From Rhodomicrobium sp. (GTDB taxonomy: Bacteria > Pseudomonadota > Alphaproteobacteria > Rhizobiales > Rhodomicrobiaceae): a stretch of DNA of 33,081 bases. The stretch spans positions 1-33,081 of the forward strand of contig JBKQIH010000018.1 in the NCBI GenBank assembly GCA_052148445.1. The letters run 5' to 3'. The translations under genes and the position numbers were made by a program. A model generated the notes under the pieces. That model ran no database searches. It had not been told where the DNA came from and saw nothing but the letters and a program-made list of their open reading frames with translations. How positions within the stretch are numbered: position 1 is the first letter of the stretch; each line of letters begins with the position of its first letter. Of the stretch, positions 1 to 6,841 are shown in pieces.

Positions 1-115
1 TCCGGTTGTATAAGCCTTTTTGCTTCGCATCCCATTCACGCTTGTAACCCTTGGCAGGGGCGGCGATGCCGCGAATGTGCGCGTCCGCGAGTTCCTGTTT
101 TTCTTTCTTGGCCAC
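1..115 (-). CDS. Tyrosine recombinase / phage-type integrase, extreme N-terminus only (gene continues beyond the left edge)
   Basis: Minus-strand frame open to position 1 reads ...VAKKEKQELADAHIRGIAAPAKGYKREWDAKQKGLYNR. The L-x-D-x-x-I-R...P-x-K-G-Y-K...D...K-G-L-Y pattern matches the arm-binding N-terminus of P4-like integrases. Candidate GTG start at 113-115 is preceded by GGGAGA. An alternative ATG at 194-196 would overlap the IS fragment. Confidence 0.3.
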   Translation of the reverse strand, partial: MAKKEKQELADAHIRGIAAPAKGYKREWDAKQKGLYNR

Positions 116-140
116 CGTCAGTCTCCCGTCAGTAAACTTA

Positions 141-275
141 GCGGGCGCCTTCTCGACAAAAATCCATTTAAAAACAGATAACGACGGGCTTCCCATCGGC
201 TTTCATCTGACCGGCGGCGAGGCTCACGATAGCCGCTCCCTCGATATCGATGGCTACTTTATTGAGGAGAGCTAA
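141..275 (+). mobile_element. Internal fragment of an IS4/IS5-family (DDE_Tnp_1) transposase; degraded, no N-terminal part
   Basis: Translation STKIHLKTDNDGLPIGFHLTGGEAHDSRSL matches the K-[IL]-H-x-x-x-D-x-x-G-L-P-x-x-x-x-[LV]-T-x-[GA]-x-x-H-D-S block around the second catalytic Asp of IS4/IS5 transposases. Frame stops 13 codons later at 273-275. Upstream part of the listed ORF (51-140) is antisense to the integrase start and does not look like transposase. Confidence 0.4.
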
Positions 276-280
276 ACACC

Positions 281-1003
281 TCAGATCGAAGTCGTCAGTT
301 TTGTCAGCCATTCCGGCGAGTTGCCGAGAAGCCAAGTTTCTGCCAGCTTGTCGTAGCCCGTAAGGATCGCGCCGCCCAGCACGATGAGAGCCGCGCCCAT
401 GGCGAGCCGCAAGCCGCGCCCGGCAGTCATTAATTTCCCCCGAAATTTCAGAGCCGCCTCGCGCGACAGCATACCCAGCGTCAAGAGCGGCAAGGCAGCG
501 CCGGCGCCGAAAAGGATCATCACGAGTGCAACCTCACCGAGATGCTGTCCTTCACTAGCCAGCACCGATGCGGCGCCAAGCGTTGGCCCGGCGCATGGGC
601 TCCAGACGGCGCCGAGCAAAAGCCCGGCGCTGAACTGCCCGGAAATTCCGGTGGCCGGGGAAGCGCCGAAGCGGTTTGCGGCCCAGCTTCCGAAGGGGCT
701 TGCAGCGACAGAGAATTTTTCCGATAAGCTTGGCACGGCTAGCACGAAACCCATGCCGGCGAGAAGAATGGCCGCGATATTTCTGAACACATCGGCGTCA
801 AGCCCGATGGCAAATCCCAAGGTGGCGACGAATAGCCCAATCGCAGTGAAGGAAAGCGCCAGGCCTGCCGCAAGCGCAACCGGTGCCAGCCGGTGCTCGG
901 ATGCTGCGGAGGCAAGCACGACCGGCAGCAGCGGCAGAACGCAGGGCGAGAGCGTCGATAACGCTCCAGCGGCGAAGGACAAACCGAGGGTCGCAGCGCT
1001 CAT
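281..1003 (-). CDS. ccdA: Cytochrome c-type biogenesis / thiol:disulfide electron-transfer membrane protein, CcdA (DsbD-beta) family
   Basis: 240-aa polytopic membrane protein with the two CcdA Cys motifs LSPCVLPLLP (TM1) and AVWSPCAGPTLG (TM4). Starts 4 nt after the stop of the upstream thioredoxin gene. Confidence 0.85.
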   Translation of the reverse strand: MSAATLGLSFAAGALSTLSPCVLPLLPVVLASAASEHRLAPVALAAGLALSFTAIGLFVATLGFAIGLDADVFRNIAAILLAGMGFVLAVPSLSEKFSVAASPFGSWAANRFGASPATGISGQFSAGLLLGAVWSPCAGPTLGAASVLASEGQHLGEVALVMILFGAGAALPLLTLGMLSREAALKFRGKLMTAGRGLRLAMGAALIVLGGAILTGYDKLAETWLLGNSPEWLTKLTTSI

Positions 1004-1007
1004 GGGA

Positions 1008-1400
1008 TCACAGGCTCTTGGCTAGGAGAGCTTCGATCGAGGCCTTGTTCGTGTCGCCAACAGAACGGCCAGCCTCGGCCTGACCTTTGAACACGATCAG
1101 CGTGCTCTGCCTTTGCGCGTTGAACATCCGCAGTGCGTCCTTCTGGTTGTCGAAATCGACGGAGAACACTTGCAGGCCCTTGAACCTTGGCTCGGCGATA
1201 AGCTCGCTCAGTATCGGCGCTTGCGCCTTGCAGGTTGGGCACCAGGGCGCGGTGATGTCGACGAGGATGGGCGCGCCGGCCTTCTGCGCCGCTTCGAACC
1301 CGGCTTGCGTGAAGGGAACCCGCCCGCCGGCCGTGGCTAAGCTGGCGATCAGGCATGCAGCGAAGGCGAGCGGGAAAATAGCGCGTTTTAAGTTACTCAT
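1008..1400 (-). CDS. Secreted (periplasmic) thioredoxin-family protein
   Basis: ATG at 1398-1400 preceded by GGAGGA (1411-1416). N-terminal signal peptide MSNLKRAIFPLAFAACLIASLATAGG. WCPTCK active-site motif. Trimmed from the 248-aa listed ORF to the internal Met, which has a Shine-Dalgarno sequence. Confidence 0.85.
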   Translation of the reverse strand: MSNLKRAIFPLAFAACLIASLATAGGRVPFTQAGFEAAQKAGAPILVDITAPWCPTCKAQAPILSELIAEPRFKGLQVFSVDFDNQKDALRMFNAQRQSTLIVFKGQAEAGRSVGDTNKASIEALLAKSL

Positions 1401-1441
1401 CTTGTTTCCTCCGGTTAGGTCTAAGACAGTCAATTTACGTA

Positions 1442-2086
1442 TTACCAGCGCAACCAACGCCGGCCCGCGATCATCCCCGCGAGCGTCACAAGGCCCATTG
1501 CGGCTGTGTACCAAATGGCGCCGAACAAGGGCGAGTCGTCCGGGCAGTGCATGGCGTAAAGGGTGGCAGCCAGCGCGCTCGCGAGCAGTCCCGCCGCGGC
1601 ACCTGCCAAACCGGGCTGCAGAGGAGCGCCGCGGCGAAGCGCATAAAGGGCAGCGGCAAGCGGCGCAAGCGATAGAAACGAAATGCTCACAACGCACATT
1701 AGGGAATTTTCGCCGATGGCGCGCGGAAGCCAGCCGTTTTGCGGAACGGCCCAAAGCTCGTAGAAGACCGCACCCGCCAGCAACAGCGGACCGATGAGCA
1801 AGGCAAGCTCCGCGGAGCGGGCATCAACGGCCGGCCGGGCAAGTCGCCAAACGAGTCTTGCGGATGTCACGGCCAAGGTGATCGTCATCACAAACTTGAA
1901 GTCAAAGCGCCAGCCATCGACCGCGGTAGCCACGTCGGGACGGACTCCGAGTGTCAGCGCGAAAGCAGCGACGGCAACACCAAACCCCGCCGCCATGGCG
2001 GTGAAAAAGGTCCGGCGAAGCGGAACCGGCTGCGGGCGCGCCGCGTGGTCTTGGGTCAACGCGTGGATCAGATCGCCCGTTCTCAT
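1442..2086 (-). CDS. nrsF: Anti-sigma factor, DUF1109 / NrsF family (negative regulator of sigma F), six-TM membrane protein
   Basis: 214-aa hydrophobic protein. ATGA overlap (2083-2086) with the upstream ECF sigma gene. Two Cys in predicted periplasmic loops (residues 131 and 181 of the translated ORF, ...SLMCVV... and ...AMHCPDDSP...), as described for NrsF. Confidence 0.75.
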   Translation of the reverse strand: MRTGDLIHALTQDHAARPQPVPLRRTFFTAMAAGFGVAVAAFALTLGVRPDVATAVDGWRFDFKFVMTITLAVTSARLVWRLARPAVDARSAELALLIGPLLLAGAVFYELWAVPQNGWLPRAIGENSLMCVVSISFLSLAPLAAALYALRRGAPLQPGLAGAAAGLLASALAATLYAMHCPDDSPLFGAIWYTAAMGLVTLAGMIAGRRWLRW

Positions 2087-2634
2087 TGCTCACCGCTCCT
2101 ATAGGCCGCCGCCAAGGCGCCGAGGCCCCTGTGCAAGGCAACCCGCGTTGCGCCTTCGGAAATGCCAAACCTCGCCGAGGCCTCCTGAATGCTTGCGCCT
2201 TCAACGCATATGGCTTGCACAATCTCCCGCTGCCGGCCGCCGAGTATGGACAAAAGCCGCTCGGTCTCGCGCGGCGATAGTTCCTCCGCGGCGGCGCCGG
2301 CCGGCAGAACCTCGATAAAGTCTTCGATGGGCAGCTCCGTGCGATTTCCCCGCCGCCGCAAATTGTCGATCAGCTTGTTGCGCGCGATGGCCCGCACCCA
2401 AGGGGTGACCGGCTGGTCCGCATCCCAGGTCTGACGTTTCAAATGAATGGCCAGCAGAGTTTCCTGCACCACGTCTTCCACTTCGCTGCCGCTCGAACCG
2501 GCTCTCGCAAATCCTTGGCGCGCAAGCTTGCGCAAGAAGGGCGTCAATGCCTCAAGCAGAAGCCGGTAGGCTCCGCTTTCGCCGGCATTGGCAGCCCGCA
2601 TCCAATCGGCCCATTGGGCTTCGTCGCTGCGCAC
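2083..2634 (-). CDS. sigF: ECF RNA polymerase sigma factor (sigma-70 family, SigF-type)
   Basis: 183 aa with sigma-70 region 2 and region 4 (..IQEASARFGISEGATRVALHRGL..). GTG start at 2632-2634 with GGAG 9 nt upstream. Translationally coupled to the DUF1109 anti-sigma gene. Confidence 0.85.
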   Translation of the reverse strand: MRSDEAQWADWMRAANAGESGAYRLLLEALTPFLRKLARQGFARAGSSGSEVEDVVQETLLAIHLKRQTWDADQPVTPWVRAIARNKLIDNLRRRGNRTELPIEDFIEVLPAGAAAEELSPRETERLLSILGGRQREIVQAICVEGASIQEASARFGISEGATRVALHRGLGALAAAYRSGEQ

Positions 2635-2657
2635 GCGCTTGCTGCTCCATACCCTTA

Positions 2658-2683
2658 TTACGTTGCAAACTGCCGTCTGTTAC
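2658..2683 (-). promoter_or_regulatory. Candidate ECF (SigF-type) promoter for sigF-nrsF autoregulation: GTAAC-N16-CGTAA
   Basis: Minus-strand motif GTAACAGACGGCAGTTTGCAACGTAA lies 24 nt upstream of the sigF GTG. Resembles the GTAACC-N16-CGAA consensus reported for Caulobacter sigma F. Confidence 0.4.
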
Positions 2684-2717
2684 AGGCGGGCGCCCCGCTC
2701 ACTACTCCGTGACCGCT

Positions 2718-2744
2718 GTAACGCAAAAGCCTTCGCTTGCGTAA
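2718..2744 (+). promoter_or_regulatory. Candidate ECF (SigF-type) promoter for the divergent DUF2282-DUF692 operon: GTAAC-N17-CGTAA
   Basis: Plus-strand GTAACGCAAAAGCCTTCGCTTGCGTAA, about 50 nt upstream of the bufA-like ATG. Near mirror image of the sigF promoter across the divergent intergenic region. Confidence 0.45.
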
Positions 2745-2795
2745 TGCCCGATGTGAGCCTTTGTGGGCTCTTTGTACAAAATGGAGTCAATACGC

Positions 2796-3092
2796 ATGAG
2801 CAACCGGAACTTCAACGCGGTCCTCGCCAGCGCCTTCACCGCCGCCCTGGCGCTTGCCTCGGTCCCCGCACTGGCAGATGACGGCGCCACCAAGGAGAAG
2901 TGCTACGGAATTGCAACCGCGGGTCATAACGATTGCGCGTCGGCGGCGAACAATTCCTGCGCCGGCACGGCCAAGGCTAATTACGAAAACGGAGCTTGGC
3001 TGTTCGTGCCCAAAGGCACTTGCCTTACCACCGCGGTAACGCTGAAGAACGGCACGAAGCGCAACGGATCGCTCGAACCGGTGAAGGGTTGA
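2796..3092 (+). CDS. bufA: DUF2282-family secreted Cys-containing peptide; bufferin-type RiPP precursor (BufA-like)
   Basis: ATG at 2796 with GGAG 9 nt upstream (listed ORF begins at an upstream GTG at 2763). Sec signal peptide [27 protein letters not shown]. Core [43 protein letters not shown] with the four conserved Cys of DUF2282. Confidence 0.8.
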   Translation: MSNRNFNAVLASAFTAALALASVPALADDGATKEKCYGIATAGHNDCASAANNSCAGTAKANYENGAWLFVPKGTCLTTAVTLKNGTKRNGSLEPVKG

Positions 3093-3106
3093 CGGGAGAA
3101 CGCCTC

Positions 3107-3748
3107 ATGCTCGCCGTGCAACCAGCCGGAAAGCGCACGCTCACCTCGATCCCGGCGCGGGCCGGGATCGGGTTCAAACCGGCACACATGCAGGATATGA
3201 TGGAACGTCCGCCGGACGTTGGCTGGTTCGAGGTTCATGCCGAGAACTATATGGGCGCGGGCGGGATGCCGCACCGCCAGCTCGAACGGGTGCGCAAACG
3301 TTATCCGCTTTCCGTGCACGGCGTTGGGCTTTCGATTGGCGGCGCGGGCTGGCTCGACCGGAATCATCTGAGCCGCCTCAAAATACTTATCGATCGCTAT
3401 GAGCCTGAGCTTTTTTCCGAGCACCTTGCCTGGTCTACGCATGATGGCGCCTACCTCAACGATCTTCTGCCGCTTCCCTATACAGAGGAAACGCTTGCGC
3501 ATTTGTCGGTGCATGTGGACGAGGTGCAAACGGCACTCGGCCGGCAAATCCTGATCGAGAACCCGTCAACCTACGTCTCCTTTGAATCGAACGAGATGAG
3601 CGAAGCCGAATTTCTAACCGGGCTTGCGCGCCGGACCGGCTGCGGGCTGCTTCTCGACGTGAACAACGTCTACGTTTCCGCCGTGAACCACGGTTTCGAT
3701 GCGGAAGCCTATATCGATGGATTCCCTGCGAAGCCGCGACCGGCATAG
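3107..3748 (+). pseudogene. bufB: DUF692 / MbnB-like multinuclear non-heme iron enzyme (BufB-like), N-terminal about 75%, interrupted by a stop at 3746-3748
   Basis: ATG at 3107 with GGGAG 9 nt upstream, 14 nt after the bufA stop. Strong DUF692 similarity ([33 protein letters not shown] ... [28 protein letters not shown]). Frame ends at ...KPRPA*, before the expected xxIHLAGH iron-ligand block. Confidence 0.55.
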
Positions 3749-3759
3749 AGGGTTTCTCC

Positions 3760-4122
3760 GCCTTTGCTCCGGAGGATTGGTCTTCCTTGCGATTTCTGCC
3801 GCATACTTCGGCGATATGGCTCGACTTCGTCACAAACGCCGCGGACATCTGGAGCGCTCTGAAACGCGAGGCCGAGCCGCCGGCGGTGGAGAAGAGCGGG
3901 CAGCACCGCATTTTGATCTGGCGCCAGGATGTGCCGAAGTTCCGGGTGCTGCAAGAGGAGGAAGCCATGCTGTGGAATGAGGCGGCACGCGGCGTCCGCT
4001 TCGGCGTGCTCTGCGAAATGGCTGCCGCCCACGACGATCCGGACCAGGCTGCGGCGCGCGCCGCCGGCTATTTGCAAGGCTGGATCGCATCGGGCTTGCT
4101 TGCCGGCGCAAGCCTTGGCTGA
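3760..4122 (+). pseudogene. Out-of-frame continuation: DUF692 C-terminal block, then a short remnant resembling the N-terminus of a DUF2063 (BufC-like) protein
   Basis: The +1 frame relative to bufB (open from 3586) reads ...IWLDFVTNAADIWSALKREAEPPAVEKSGQHRILIWRQDVPKFRVLQEEEA. This resembles the ...D..VW.LY...FG.vPTLIEWDxDVP...VL.EE C-terminus of DUF692. The following MLWNEAARGVRFGVLCEMAAAHDDPD resembles a DUF2063 start. The frame ends at 4122, 70 bp from the convergent mdlC stop. Confidence 0.4.
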
Positions 4123-4194
4123 AGCCTTAAAAGCTACTGCACGCCCGCACCATACCAGAGGGAACCCCAATCATCGATGCGTCGGACACCATGG

Positions 4195-5844
4195 CTATTG
4201 GCCGCCGTGTGCCTCAGAGATGGGCGGAACGAGCGGCCTCAGCTGGCGCTTGACGGGGATCACGATGACCGTGGGGCCGTCCGTTTCCAGTGCCTTCGAG
4301 AACGCCCGCTTTATCTCTTCCTTTGTGGGTGCCTCGACTGCGGCGCAGCCGAACCCCTTCGCTGTGGAGACAATGTCCAACGGGGGAAGATCGAGGCCAG
4401 GTACGTTGGGAGTGTTCTCAAGCTCGGCGAACTCCTTCAGAATTGCATATTCACCGTTGCACGGAATGATATAGATCACCTTGAGCTTTTGCTGCGCGGC
4501 GGTGGCGAGGCACTGCACGGAGTACTGCAGGGATCCGTCGCCGATCATGGCTATGACCGGCCTGCCTGTGCCCAGCTTTTTCTGCGCCAGTGCGATGCCA
4601 ACAGCTGCCGGTGCATTCCAACCAAGCCCGCCGCTGGCAAAGGTGTAGTAGGAAGCCGGCTGAATCGTGGGCCACCACATCGCCAAATCCATCGCATTCG
4701 AGGGCGACTCCTGGACGACGATGGCATTGTCCGGCCTCAGTTCGCTCAACGCGGCGTAAACCTCACTAGCGGTCAGTGGCGAGTTGGGCGGCGAGGGAAG
4801 AGTCCGCGGAAGGCGCAGAGGTGGTGGCGCGTTGCGCGATGAGCCGTCTTCGACCAGCGCCAGCAAGGCCTCAAGTGTGAGCTTGGCATCACCAAGCAGG
4901 CTGTCTCCTACCAGCGCACTGCCGGCATCGCTGGGATCGTTTGTAACCTGCAGCAGCTCGCAGCCCGGCGGTAACACAGGCCCCGAAACATATGGATAGT
5001 AACGGAAAACGGGTGCGCCGATCACCACCGCTAACTCGAAGCCCTTGAGCCGTTCACTCAATGGCCCCATGGCAATCGGGAGCATGCCCTGAAACAACGG
5101 GTGCGTCTCCGGAAAGGACGGGCGTTCGGTATTCGGGGCATGAAACACAGGCGCGTTAAGCCTTTCGGCGAGTGCAACGCCAGCGTCCCAACCGCCACTC
5201 CGGTCGATCTCCTGGCCATAGACAAGGGCCAGCCTTTTCGCCGTGGAGATACGCTTGGCAAATTCACGGGCGCGATCCCCATCTGGCGCGAAGCGGGTAC
5301 TCACTGTTCGAACGGCCGAGGGGCCTAGCGCGGGCTTGTCCAAGTCATCCAGCGGGATTGAGACGTACACTGGACCGGCAGGCGGCTGCAACGCCAAGGC
5401 GTACGCACGCATGAGGGCGCCTGGCACATCCTGAGCTCGCGCCGGCTGATAGGCCCACTTCACATAGGGGCGCGGCAGCATCGTTTCGTCGCGGTTCGTC
5501 AGCAGAGGATCGCACAAAATCATCTCGCGCGTCTGCTGGCCGGCTGTGATGATCAACGGCGTCTTGTTGAGGAAGGCCGTCATGATGTTGCCCATGCCGT
5601 TGCCGGTACCGGCCGATGTGTGCAGGCTCACAAGCGCAGGACTGCGCGTGGCTTGAGCAAATCCATCCGCCATTGCAACGACTGAGGCCTCTTGCAGGCC
5701 CAGAATGTATTGAAAATCAGTAGGAAAGTTCTTTAAGAATGGCTGTTCGGTAGAACCAGGATTGCCAAAGACCGTAGTCAAGCCCAAAGACCGCAGAAGA
5801 TCGTAGGTTGCCGCCCAGACGGTTTGTGATTTCTCAGTCTCCAT
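4195..5844 (-). CDS. mdlC: Benzoylformate decarboxylase-like thiamine-diphosphate enzyme
   Basis: 550 aa from ATG at 5842-5844 (AAGGAG 7 nt upstream). Near-collinear similarity to Pseudomonas putida MdlC (..TVFGNPGSTEQPFLKNFP..LHTSAGTGNGMGN..PRPYVKWAYQP..GDGS..NNG..). Listed ORF trimmed by 24 codons. Confidence 0.8.
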   Translation of the reverse strand: METEKSQTVWAATYDLLRSLGLTTVFGNPGSTEQPFLKNFPTDFQYILGLQEASVVAMADGFAQATRSPALVSLHTSAGTGNGMGNIMTAFLNKTPLIITAGQQTREMILCDPLLTNRDETMLPRPYVKWAYQPARAQDVPGALMRAYALALQPPAGPVYVSIPLDDLDKPALGPSAVRTVSTRFAPDGDRAREFAKRISTAKRLALVYGQEIDRSGGWDAGVALAERLNAPVFHAPNTERPSFPETHPLFQGMLPIAMGPLSERLKGFELAVVIGAPVFRYYPYVSGPVLPPGCELLQVTNDPSDAGSALVGDSLLGDAKLTLEALLALVEDGSSRNAPPPLRLPRTLPSPPNSPLTASEVYAALSELRPDNAIVVQESPSNAMDLAMWWPTIQPASYYTFASGGLGWNAPAAVGIALAQKKLGTGRPVIAMIGDGSLQYSVQCLATAAQQKLKVIYIIPCNGEYAILKEFAELENTPNVPGLDLPPLDIVSTAKGFGCAAVEAPTKEEIKRAFSKALETDGPTVIVIPVKRQLRPLVPPISEAHGGQ

Positions 5845-6154
5845 ATCGTCAGCTCCTTTCTCAGAGCCGCCGTGCAGGAACGCGGTATCAACTTCGCCGC
5901 ACTGGATATGATGCAACGGCCCATCGCCGTTAGATAATTGGCTGATAGGAAAGTGGTTCCTCGCCGCTCAGCAGAGAAATCTGTTCGAACCGAGGGGCGT
6001 TATCTCGATGCAGACCGGCGCGCATCGGCCTTGCCGCTGAAGCCAGCAACCGGAAAATCCGGTTCGGCGAGGCGATTTGTGCACTCGGTTCGCCGATTCA
6101 CTATCGTTTCATGCAGGGTTATTGTCTGCGTCATCCTCTGCATGTAGCCAACAA

Positions 6155-6841
6155 TCAATATTTTCCGATAGGCGCCAAAATTCTCCTCTCGCTCACATTT
6201 GCCTCGAGGTCTCGCGCTACCGCACACAACTCGTCCGCCGTCTCTGGCAGTTGCGCTTGCGCCTTCAGGACCGCAATATTAGCGAGGCCGCGTATTTCAA
6301 CCGTCGAGACGCCGCGCAAGCCGAGCAGACAAGCTGGCCGCTGCATCGGCGTTGGCGCTGGCGCGTCCGGGCAGCGCTCCTTCTGACGAGCCAGCGCTGC
6401 CAGCGTCTTAAAGTCGGTTCCATATTTGGGATCGTTCTGCCGGCCTTCGAGCAGCGGATTGCCGAAGCCGATCATTGGCTTTTCGGTGGCACCCGCATGC
6501 ACCACTCGTCGTAGCGTCTTCTGCGCGGAGACGGCTGGCAGGATCGTGAGCGCGCGAGCGCCGATAAGCCGAGCGGCCGACGTGTTATCGCCGCCCGCGT
6601 GCGGCGCTAGCAGCACTTGGAACGGCAATTGCGTCAACGGACCGGAGGGGACAATGAGCAACTGCTTGCCCGGGGATAAGGGCTCTGCCGAACAGCCCCC
6701 AATAAAGCTTGTGCGCCGCGCAAGCTCGAAAGGCAGCGGTTTACCAGCATCCAGGTCTGCGCGGGTGTGATTTTGGCCGAAGAATTCTGCACAACGCTGT
6801 CCGTTCCAGGCATCGGCCTTCGCGAAAGGAGATGCTCTTTC
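6155..6841 (-). pseudogene. CHAT (caspase-like) domain, N-terminal half only; in frame with and directly downstream of the patatin gene stop; lacks catalytic His/Cys region
   Basis: Same reading frame as 6842-9619 with no stop between the TGA at 6842-6844 and 6155 (229 codons). Translation ...FELARRTSFIGGCSAEPLSPGKQLLIVPSGPLTQLPFQVLL...ALTILPAVSAQ...MIGFGNPLLEG...LPETADELCAVARDL matches the opening conserved blocks of CHAT domains. Terminates before the His and Cys blocks, and no frame in 5845-6155 supplies them. Confidence 0.45.

Noticed and set aside
51-140. N-terminal part of listed ORF 51-275 (MAGAAMPRMCASASS...)
   Set aside because: No transposase similarity. It is the antisense reading of the integrase start. 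Only 141-275 carries the IS4/IS5 block.
384-1797. Long plus-strand ORFs (384-1025, 1087-1797) antisense to ccdA, trx and nrsF
   Set aside because: Arg/Ala/Pro-rich products typical of spurious antisense ORFs in high-GC DNA. They overlap well-supported genes on the opposite strand.
2996-3106. Upstream extension of the DUF692 ORF (listed start 2996) overlapping bufA
   Set aside because: DUF692 homology begins at the Met at 3107, which has a GGGAG SD. The extension would overlap the bufA coding sequence by 97 nt.
5985-6000. GGTTCGAAC (minus strand), a T-loop-like string suggesting a tRNA
   Set aside because: No flanking T-stem complementarity and no acceptor or anticodon arms could be built. 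Judged coincidental.
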